Positions 9,007 through 16,319 of a stretch of DNA of 26,329 nucleotides are shown here, piece by piece. The DNA lies in the NCBI GenBank assembly GCA_016840035.1, contig JAEOTC010000020.1, forward strand, positions 1 to 26,329, given 5' to 3'. Position numbers and translations under genes: made by a program. Position 1 is the stretch's first letter. Every line of letters starts with the position of its first letter. The notes under the pieces were generated by a model. That model made no database searches. It saw only the letters and a list, made by a program, of their open reading frames with translations, and was not told the origin of the DNA. This DNA is from Candidatus Hodarchaeota archaeon (GTDB lineage Archaea > Asgardarchaeota > Heimdallarchaeia > Hodarchaeales > Hodarchaeaceae).

Positions 9007-10074
9007 CTATACCCGAGCTCGTGTTGCCTCCACACTTCCATAGATACCTTGAGGCCTCACAAGTAAAACAATGATAAGGACCACAAATGCAATTGCATCA
9101 GCATATGCAGGTGCAAAGGTTACAGTAAACCCAAGCGTCTGTTCAATAGTATCTTCGAGTCCATTTGGTTTCTGGATTTCGGTTAAAACGATTAGAGCGA
9201 TTTCTCTACTAAAAGCTATAATAAATGCGGCCACGATCCCTCCTCGGAACGATCCGACTCCTCCAAGGATGACAACAGTGAATATAGGAAGAAGTAAAAA
9301 GAATCCATCAAGCGAACTAAAGCGAGCTTGAGTAGCACGGACAAATGAAGCCCCCATTCCTGTTATACCTGCTGCCAGAAACCATGTGTAAAGTATAATT
9401 CGTTTTGTATTAATTCCGCACACATCAGCAAGTTCAAAAGAATCAGAGGTAGCTCGCATGGCAATACCAAATTTAGTTTTCTTGAAAACATAATCAATAA
9501 CGACTACAGTCAGTATACTAATGATAATAATCAGAAGTTGAAAACTAGTAATAAAGATTCCTTGACTGCCAAAGATTGGATGTCTTCGAATAAATTGAAG
9601 CTTGATATCAAAATTAAGATTAAATGGTAACGAAGGTGTACTTGTGCCTCCAAGTCCATGTTGAGGGAAATTGCCGAAAATCATTGCTAAGAAATTCCGA
9701 ATAATAAGCCCTATACCTATTGAGGCAACGGTAAAAGATCTCGAAGAGGCATCGAAACTCCGTAATCTACCATAAACAAGAACTTCTCCTAGTACTCCAA
9801 TTATTCCGACCATCACAAATGCAAAAGTAGCTTGAATAAACAAATTATTGATGAGATGTTCTCCTGTAGTATCCCAAGGGATCGCAAACGTTAGAATTTG
9901 TAAAACCCACCAAGACATGAACATCCCTGCGGTAACAAACTCAGCATGTGCAAAATTTGAGAATTTTAAAACAGAATACACCATATTTAGACCGATTGTC
10001 AATATGATTAAGGTTCCTGCATAAATTAAAGCCAAGCCAGTATGACTAAATATGTCAAATGAAAAGAGTACCAT
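9007..10074 (-). CDS. livH: Liv-type ABC permease, LivH-like
   Basis: GLNMVYSVLKFSNFAHAEF, TKFGIAMRATSD, VILGGVGSFRG and LLVRPQGIYG. Confidence 0.9.
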   Translation of the reverse strand: MVLFSFDIFSHTGLALIYAGTLIILTIGLNMVYSVLKFSNFAHAEFVTAGMFMSWWVLQILTFAIPWDTTGEHLINNLFIQATFAFVMVGIIGVLGEVLVYGRLRSFDASSRSFTVASIGIGLIIRNFLAMIFGNFPQHGLGGTSTPSLPFNLNFDIKLQFIRRHPIFGSQGIFITSFQLLIIIISILTVVVIDYVFKKTKFGIAMRATSDSFELADVCGINTKRIILYTWFLAAGITGMGASFVRATQARFSSLDGFFLLLPIFTVVILGGVGSFRGGIVAAFIIAFSREIALIVLTEIQKPNGLEDTIEQTLGFTVTFAPAYADAIAFVVLIIVLLVRPQGIYGSVEATRARV

Positions 10075-10092
10075 ATATTTTTCACCTTCTAT

Positions 10093-10851
10093 TCAAGTAT
10101 TATTTTCGTTCCTGTCTCTAACTCCTAGATAGAGTTTTCTTATCTTATCTTCAGCTAATAATTCACTAGCTGGACCTGTAGCTGCTACCTCACCAGTGAC
10201 TAGTACATATCCCCGATCTGATAACTCTAGGGATCTTCTAGCTCGTTGTTCAACAAGAAGGATAGCGATTCCTAGCTCTTTCTTTAGAGTTACAATTAGT
10301 TGTAACATTTCCTCCGCAATGTTTGGTTGAATTGCTGCGGTAGGCTCGTCTAAAATTAACATATCGGGTTCAGGCATTAATGCACGTGCTAGTGCAAGCA
10401 TTTGTCTTTCTCCACCACTAAGTAAACTTGCTTTCTGATCCATTCGCTCTCCTAATATTGGGAAAAGAGCAACCATTTTATCGATGTTCTTACTATAATC
10501 TGCATCCCATTTCTTAGTATAGAATCCCATCTTCATATTTTCTTCAACAGTCAAACTGGGGAAAACGTTGGCTAATTGAGGAACATAACCCAAGGGAATA
10601 CCTGTTCTAATTATTTCATGGGGTTGAAGGTGACTTACATCGTGATCACGAAGGAAAACTTGTCCTGAAAACATTTTAACAAGGCCTATCATGGTTTTTA
10701 TTAATGTGCTTTTACCACTACCATTAGGGCCTATTATTGTAACAAGTTCATTTTCATTTACGTGAATATCGATTCCATTGATTACTTGAAGCTTCCCATA
10801 ACCAGAAACTATGTTTACTCCCCGCAAAACTGTTTGACTCATAAAAAACAT
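10093..10851 (-). CDS. livF: Liv-type ABC ATP-binding protein, LivF-like
   Basis: SGYG, GPNGSGKST, GYVPQ, LSGGERQMLA, ILDEPT and LLVEQ. Alternative start at ATG 10842. Confidence 0.9.
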   Translation of the reverse strand: MFFMSQTVLRGVNIVSGYGKLQVINGIDIHVNENELVTIIGPNGSGKSTLIKTMIGLVKMFSGQVFLRDHDVSHLQPHEIIRTGIPLGYVPQLANVFPSLTVEENMKMGFYTKKWDADYSKNIDKMVALFPILGERMDQKASLLSGGERQMLALARALMPEPDMLILDEPTAAIQPNIAEEMLQLIVTLKKELGIAILLVEQRARRSLELSDRGYVLVTGEVAATGPASELLAEDKIRKLYLGVRDRNENNT

Positions 10852-10915
10852 TTCCTCTAAGCTGACCTAAAAATACTTTGTGTGATTTGATTACTATGAT
10901 TGAAAACAGTGACTG

Positions 10916-10951
10916 AAAAAAAAGAAAAGGGGGGATTGGATATTAATCCAA
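10916..10951 (-). terminator. Hairpin plus C/U tract after the binding-protein gene (internal terminator or mRNA stabiliser)
   Basis: Minus strand TTGGAT-TAAT-ATCCAA then TCCCCCCTTTTCTTTTTTTT directly after the stop. Confidence 0.6.
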
Positions 10952-10952
10952 G

Positions 10953-12341
10953 TTACTTTCGTCGTTTTCTGATTATGACTAAAACTCCTCCAACAAAAAG
11001 GAGACTTAGATAACCAAATCCTGGAGCACCAGCTCCAGCTTCTTTCTCTAGCGTGACTACGTTATCAGCAATACTCCATTCCGAACCATCAGCTAATTCA
11101 AGCAGATCGGTGTCATCTAGAATAGGTGAAGCGGTAGTTGCACCAGAAGGAATATCATATGTTCCAAATGAAGTGTAAGTTTCGTCTTCTAACTGTACAT
11201 AGTCATAGCGACCGACAACTTCTCCAAGGGCGTTGAATACGATATTACCTGACGCACCAGGATGAGTAACATCGTATAAAGCAGCTAATAAGTCATCACC
11301 ATCAACAGAATCAGCGGCAGCCAATCCTTTCGCTGCGACATACACTGCATCGTATGCAAAAGGTGCATATGAGTTGAAGTGAGCGCCACCACCTTGACTG
11401 CGTGCGGGGCCTTCTAACCAGGCAGAAGCGGCGTCATACCATGTGTCATTAAAAGTTTGATATCCAGCTGCGGTTATAGGAGCGGGTGTTGTCCCAATTT
11501 GCATTTGCATTGCTGATTTAACATCATCATCCGTTGCGAATGTGGCTGTAGTTGACCAACCATCAGTCATCAACCAGGGGATATTATCAATTCCCAATTC
11601 GTGAGCTTTCTTCATACATGTTGCTGCATCAACATCGATAAAGTTACCTACAACAAACTCTGGGTCTGCATCTTTTATTGCTTGGACTTGAGAAGAAACA
11701 TCAGTTGCTCCAGCATCAAATTGTTGAGCTGTGGCAATTGTACCATCCCAATTCTGATCGAATATGTCAATCAGTCCAGTTCCATAGCTATCACTAGTAG
11801 AGATAGTTGCTCCAGTTTCCCAACCAAATTTCTCAACTAAATCTGCAATTGCTTTTCCTTGATCAGCATCTGAGGCTGCAACTCGCATGAAGTATGGATA
11901 CAATGTTCGATCACTTAATGCTGGTGAGGAGGAAGCATAGGATATTTGTACAATCTTTTGAGGAGTTAATTCTGTTGCCATGGCAGCGCTTACACTACTA
12001 CCAGAGGAACCAATTACAATATCAGCTCCCCAGCTGATCAGTGTTTGGGCTGCAGCTGTTCCTCCAGCGGCACTATTATCGTCGTCTTGGACATTCGGAA
12101 GAAGGGTTGTTTCTTCAGGGAGAATTCGTGAAGGTCCTGATTGATTGTTAATTTCGGCAATCGCAAGTAAAAATCCGTCTCGTCGATCAGGTCCTGCATC
12201 AGGCCGTTGAACTATTGGAAACACGCCTCCAACTCTAACTTCAGCTGGTAAAGCACTGGTTTTTGCTTTTGTTTCAAAAGTCATAACCGACAATACCATT
12301 ACTGCTAATAGAAGAAGGGTTAATTTTTGTCTTTTCATCAA
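10953..12341 (-). CDS. ABC amino-acid substrate-binding protein (ANF-receptor/Venus-flytrap fold) with signal peptide and PGF-type C-terminal anchor
   Basis: N-terminal signal peptide. Motifs VGGVFP, AIAEIN, VIGSSGSSVS, QISYASSSPALSD, YPYFMRV, AYDAVY and GASGNIVFN. C-terminus APGF-TM-RKRRK. First gene of the liv operon. Alternative start at ATG 12338. Confidence 0.9.
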   Translation of the reverse strand: MMKRQKLTLLLLAVMVLSVMTFETKAKTSALPAEVRVGGVFPIVQRPDAGPDRRDGFLLAIAEINNQSGPSRILPEETTLLPNVQDDDNSAAGGTAAAQTLISWGADIVIGSSGSSVSAAMATELTPQKIVQISYASSSPALSDRTLYPYFMRVAASDADQGKAIADLVEKFGWETGATISTSDSYGTGLIDIFDQNWDGTIATAQQFDAGATDVSSQVQAIKDADPEFVVGNFIDVDAATCMKKAHELGIDNIPWLMTDGWSTTATFATDDDVKSAMQMQIGTTPAPITAAGYQTFNDTWYDAASAWLEGPARSQGGGAHFNSYAPFAYDAVYVAAKGLAAADSVDGDDLLAALYDVTHPGASGNIVFNALGEVVGRYDYVQLEDETYTSFGTYDIPSGATTASPILDDTDLLELADGSEWSIADNVVTLEKEAGAGAPGFGYLSLLFVGGVLVIIRKRRK

Positions 12342-12441
12342 TATCTACCTTAGGTATTTTTTTGATCTTGGTCTTACATGTCAGAAAAATCTGAGATTTG
12401 AACTGAGATTAAATACCAATTAATGACAATGTAGCCAAGAT
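12342..12441 (-). ncRNA. Candidate structured 5' leader (riboswitch-like) of the ABC operon
   Basis: Inverted arms at 12424-12441 and 12365-12383 (about 16 bp with bulges). SD-masking mini-hairpin at 12346-12356. Loop GGUAUUU is complementary to the anti-SD AAAUACC. Confidence 0.4.
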
Positions 12442-12465
12442 AATTTCCTAAGTGCTCAATACTGA

Positions 12466-12479
12466 TATTTAAGTTTTTA
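12466..12479 (-). promoter_or_regulatory. Putative BRE+TATA promoter of the liv operon
   Basis: Minus strand TAAAAA-CTTAAATA; predicts a TSS near 12442. Confidence 0.55.
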
Positions 12480-12707
12480 CCCCAGAATAAAGTAATTAAC
12501 ATTTTAAAGGCAAACTTGCAGCAATATCATGTTCTTTAAATGAATCCGGTATATTTCTTTGAATCGATAATTTTCAAGCTTCTTATGGAATGAAACACAA
12601 TCTCCTTAGATATTACGTGGAATTATATTTATTGCACATATCTAGGTGATTATAAAATCCCCTCAAACTATCAATTATATCTTTCAGTTCTATATGGTGA
12701 TAAAAAA

Positions 12708-14129
12708 ATGAACAAAACAAAGGAATTTCTCTTCATTCTAATCTTCTTCAGTATTCTTCATACTGGGCAAATTCTTGGACAGAATTCGATTAAATTAATA
12801 GATTTTTCTGAAAATAAGTTACTCTCAACAAGTGATTCTCCGTATACTCATCATGTGGAACCTACAATTGCTCTAAGTGATAATGGAATCATTTTTGCAG
12901 GATGGAAAGAGGCCTACACGCACAATGGAGGAGGAGTGCGAGTTAGCTTTTCTAAATCATTAGATAATGGACAAACTTGGTCTACACCATTTAATATGCC
13001 ACATTTCATACCAGATACTGGCCAATCCGATCCGTGGTTAGTCTGGGATGATGGAAGTCAAAGTTTGTTCTATACCTATTTAGAATTTGATCTTAATGGG
13101 CCTTTGGGAAAGAGTTTTTCTCAGATGACTGTTGCAAAAAGTATAGACTATGGCGAAACTTGGAGTAAAGTAACGGCTACGTATGGAGTAGGTTTTGCAG
13201 ATAAAGAGACTATGACAGTGAGTAATGACGGAACACTCTATGTAGTTTATGATGATATAAATATGACCTCTGGAGCTACTTATGTACGTTTAACTAGATC
13301 TGATGATGGTGGTAGTACTTTCAATGAAATAAGTACTATCGCTGATTCTATCTCAAATCCAATAGATCATCTTGCTCCTTACATCACAACGGACAGTAAT
13401 GATAATGTCTATGTTGCTTGGCTATGGTTTACAGATGGTATGTGGGGGGATATTTATGTTACCTCCTCAAGTGATCAAGGACAATCATTTAGTAATCCAG
13501 TTGATATCAACCAAGAAAGCGAAAATGGGACATTCGAAACTTCTATTGACCAACGTCCAACAAAAGGATCAATTCCTGTTATCCGTTTTGATCCAAACGG
13601 CCGACTATATGCAATCTGGGCCGGTAGATATGTGGAAAATGGTCTTTGGGATATCTTCATCAGATTTTCAGATGATCAGGGGTTGACTTGGAGTGAGCGA
13701 TATCAAGTCAATCCTAATAGCGCTGGGAATCAATGGATGCCAGATCTTGATATAGACTCTCAAGGAAATGTCCATGTAGTTTATTATGATGACAATGGGG
13801 GACCATCCTTCAAACCATATTATCGGATACTAGAGTTTCCAACAACAGGAGAACCGATATTTAGTGACCCAATGGATATTTCAAATGGAATTTCTACATC
13901 AAATACGTTCACAAGACCAGGTGATTACTTTACAATCCGACTTGACGCTCAAGATTTACCTCATGTCGTATGGTCGGATGGTAGGAATGATGAGATGGAT
14001 ATTTACTATGCACACGGTCTTACTTCTGATGATAAATCAGAAACTACGGCTAAAAAATCTTCGTTCAATTTTCCTGTCTTAATGCTCCTACTAGGCATTG
14101 TCCTGATCAATAATAGGAAAAAAAGGTAG
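12708..14129 (+). CDS. Secreted, membrane-anchored BNR/Asp-box beta-propeller (sialidase-fold) protein
   Basis: Signal peptide, five Asp boxes (SLDNGQTW, SIDYGETW, SDDGGSTF, SSDQGQSF, SDDQGLTW), C-terminal GDY motif, Thr/Ser linker, TM and RKKR tail. GGTGA SD. Confidence 0.85.
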   Translation: MNKTKEFLFILIFFSILHTGQILGQNSIKLIDFSENKLLSTSDSPYTHHVEPTIALSDNGIIFAGWKEAYTHNGGGVRVSFSKSLDNGQTWSTPFNMPHFIPDTGQSDPWLVWDDGSQSLFYTYLEFDLNGPLGKSFSQMTVAKSIDYGETWSKVTATYGVGFADKETMTVSNDGTLYVVYDDINMTSGATYVRLTRSDDGGSTFNEISTIADSISNPIDHLAPYITTDSNDNVYVAWLWFTDGMWGDIYVTSSSDQGQSFSNPVDINQESENGTFETSIDQRPTKGSIPVIRFDPNGRLYAIWAGRYVENGLWDIFIRFSDDQGLTWSERYQVNPNSAGNQWMPDLDIDSQGNVHVVYYDDNGGPSFKPYYRILEFPTTGEPIFSDPMDISNGISTSNTFTRPGDYFTIRLDAQDLPHVVWSDGRNDEMDIYYAHGLTSDDKSETTAKKSSFNFPVLMLLLGIVLINNRKKR

Positions 14130-14224
14130 ACGTTGATTTAATCTTAATCTATTTGATTTAATATCCTTTTTGCCTACTTCTGAATTTTCTTAAATCTAGG
14201 ATTTCTAAGAATTTTAGAAAACTT

Positions 14225-14500
14225 ATGAATACCAGAGGAATGAAGGAGGAGAAAGAATGGGTAATTCGTGGGTTTTCTGAGGAAATTACGAAAAAAATCA
14301 ATTCAAAGTTAATGAATGATCAGTTCAGCTATTGGTTTCGTTACAGAAGTATCTCTTGGTATAGAAAACGGAGAATTAAAGGATCCTCACCAATTAATAC
14401 AATTCTTCTTGCACTAAAAGAGCTCGGAATTAAAGGAGAAGTAACAAAGGAAAAAGTAGATACACACACCTCATTTTATTGGATAATAGAACCAATGTAA
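14225..14500 (+). CDS. Hypothetical basic protein (91 aa)
   Basis: Fills the intergenic gap; possible start at the second Met behind GAGGA. No recognised motif. Confidence 0.55.
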   Translation: MNTRGMKEEKEWVIRGFSEEITKKINSKLMNDQFSYWFRYRSISWYRKRRIKGSSPINTILLALKELGIKGEVTKEKVDTHTSFYWIIEPM

Positions 14501-14521
14501 ATAGAGATGAGTCGTACATTG

Positions 14522-15046
14522 TTATGATATCTGTCGTAATACCTTTTGAACAATATCCTGAAAGATTAGGGGGATAACTTTCCCTCCAAATTTTGCTGAA
14601 GCTTCATAGAAGCTAGATCCTTTGGATCTGGCATATCTTTGTCCGTCAATTTGTTTGACCTCTCTTCGTTCAGCTAAATCAATCTTATTTCCAATAATCG
14701 AAATAACTTTATCCTTCCCCGCTACTTCCTGATATTCTCGAATCCATCTATTCAAATCGTTTAAAGTATCAGGTCGAGTTATGTCATAAACAGCAAGACA
14801 ACCTAAGGAGCCTTCAAAATAGGTTCGTCGCAAACTACCGAATTTTTCTTCTCCAGCTGTATCCATGAAAACCAAACGAATGGGTTTTGCATCAATGATA
14901 ATCCCTCGCTTAACAGTAATATCTACTCCCAGAGTCGGTAAATAATCTTCGGAGAATGAATTTTCTGTATACCTCCGAATAAGAGAAGTTTTGCCAACAG
15001 CAAAAGTACCCACAGAATTGAGTTTGATAATTACCTCGTTGGACAT
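14522..15046 (-). CDS. Rab-like small GTPase (Ras superfamily, eukaryotic signature protein)
   Basis: G1 GTFAVGKTS, G2 YLPTLGVD, G3 DTAGEE, G4 NKID, G5 EASAK, and RabF-like AVYDIT. The ATG at 15046 follows a GGAGG SD. Confidence 0.92.
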   Translation of the reverse strand: MSNEVIIKLNSVGTFAVGKTSLIRRYTENSFSEDYLPTLGVDITVKRGIIIDAKPIRLVFMDTAGEEKFGSLRRTYFEGSLGCLAVYDITRPDTLNDLNRWIREYQEVAGKDKVISIIGNKIDLAERREVKQIDGQRYARSKGSSFYEASAKFGGKVIPLIFQDIVQKVLRQIS

Positions 15047-15283
15047 CAAAAACTCCTCCAACACACCTATTTTTCTTTAGTGTTAAAAGGAATTCCAAAT
15101 GATGAGAAAATGCTTCGGAATTTAGCTCGAAGTCGATGAATTCTATTAAACCATCAATAAATCGTAATAAGTCTACTGCTTGATTATTCTTCCTGAGAAA
15201 AAACAGTTCACAATTGATAAGGCTATAAAATGACTATCAGGCGTTATAATTATAAAATATGTATGTTATCTTACTAAAAAGTG

Positions 15284-15304
15284 GAAAAACAGATACTTTA
15301 TATC
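15284..15304 (+). promoter_or_regulatory. Putative TATA promoter of the sdh operon
   Basis: Purine-rich run then TTTATAT at 15297-15303, about 60 nt before the ATG at 15363. Confidence 0.4.
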
Positions 15305-15362
15305 GTATTTCGTTGAAAAACGGATTCTACTGATAAATAATTGTGAAGAAGTGAGGTCACTC

Positions 15363-15791
15363 ATGAAATTAAGTCCTTCTCAAGAAAGAGTAAAGTTATT
15401 CATTCCAAAACATTCGGGTTCATCAGCATTTTGGTGGGTCCTACAAAGACTCTCGGGATTTTTTGTTTTCGTCTTTGTATTCCTTCATATGGTAATTAAT
15501 CATTATTTAACATTACTGATGGAAACAGAGGATATTCCTGAGTTAGCGAACGGTATTGCTTCATTCCAAGCAGTCCAATGGAAGATGCAAAACCCCTTAT
15601 ATTTCTGGGTCTCCATTCTATTTGTTGTATTTCTCATAATACATATGCTTAATGGATTCAGAATGGTGGTTCTTGATGTAGCAACAGGACATTCATTCCG
15701 AAAGATTTTCGGTATTCTTTTAATTTTGGTTGGTATCCTAATTGTGCTGTATGCTTTTGTTCTCAATTCAACGGTGTTATCTCTTGGGTGA
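15363..15791 (+). CDS. sdhD: Succinate dehydrogenase hydrophobic membrane anchor
   Basis: 3 TM helices; WVLQRLSG, FLH and IHMLNGFRMVVLD. GAGGT SD before the ATG at 15363. First gene of the sdh operon. Confidence 0.75.
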   Translation: MKLSPSQERVKLFIPKHSGSSAFWWVLQRLSGFFVFVFVFLHMVINHYLTLLMETEDIPELANGIASFQAVQWKMQNPLYFWVSILFVVFLIIHMLNGFRMVVLDVATGHSFRKIFGILLILVGILIVLYAFVLNSTVLSLG

Positions 15792-15797
15792 TGTAAA

Positions 15798-16313
15798 ATG
15801 GCTGAAAAAGAAGTAATAGTAGATCAAGCACAAGCTACAACAGGTAGTAAATTATCAAATTTACTTAGCTGGTTTAATCCATTCTCCCGAGGGGTAGGTA
15901 TGTGGGCATGGATAGCTCAACGATTAACAGGTCTGTTCCTCGTTATGTATGTATTTATTCACCTTGGAATTATTGGGACTATGTTATTAGATGATTTCCT
16001 TGGATTCAATACTGGACAATTATACAATAGTATCACATCAGCCATGAGTTCGCCTTTAATTGAAGTAACGGGCCTCCCAAGTATTTTTGAACATGTATTT
16101 TCCTTTGCATTCTTCATTGATGCGGCTTTATTAGCTGCACTAGTGTACCATGGTTATAATGGGATCCGAGTTGTTCTCTTCGATTTAGGAATTGGAATTC
16201 GTAAACAGAAAACAGTTTTCTGGATACTGCTCATCCTCGGTATTATATCTTATTTCTTGGCAATATGGCTTATTCTTAGTGTCCCCGCCATTGTCTTGTC
16301 ATCAGGAGCGTGA
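15798..16313 (+). CDS. sdhC: Succinate dehydrogenase cytochrome b subunit
   Basis: GMWAWIAQRLTG, FIHL and YHGYNGIRVVLFDLG; 3 TM helices. Confidence 0.8.
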   Translation: MAEKEVIVDQAQATTGSKLSNLLSWFNPFSRGVGMWAWIAQRLTGLFLVMYVFIHLGIIGTMLLDDFLGFNTGQLYNSITSAMSSPLIEVTGLPSIFEHVFSFAFFIDAALLAALVYHGYNGIRVVLFDLGIGIRKQKTVFWILLILGIISYFLAIWLILSVPAIVLSSGA

Positions 16314-16319
16314 AAGAAT

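Noticed and set aside
15099-15196. Box C/D sRNA candidate (ATGATGA ... CTGA)
   Set aside because: About 98 nt is too long for a typical archaeal C/D RNA, and there are no convincing C'/D' boxes or terminal stem.
14910-15270. Long stop-free minus-strand frame upstream of and overlapping the GTPase
   Set aside because: There is no ATG/GTG/TTG start until 15098, it overlaps the GTPase out of frame, and no homology is recognisable.
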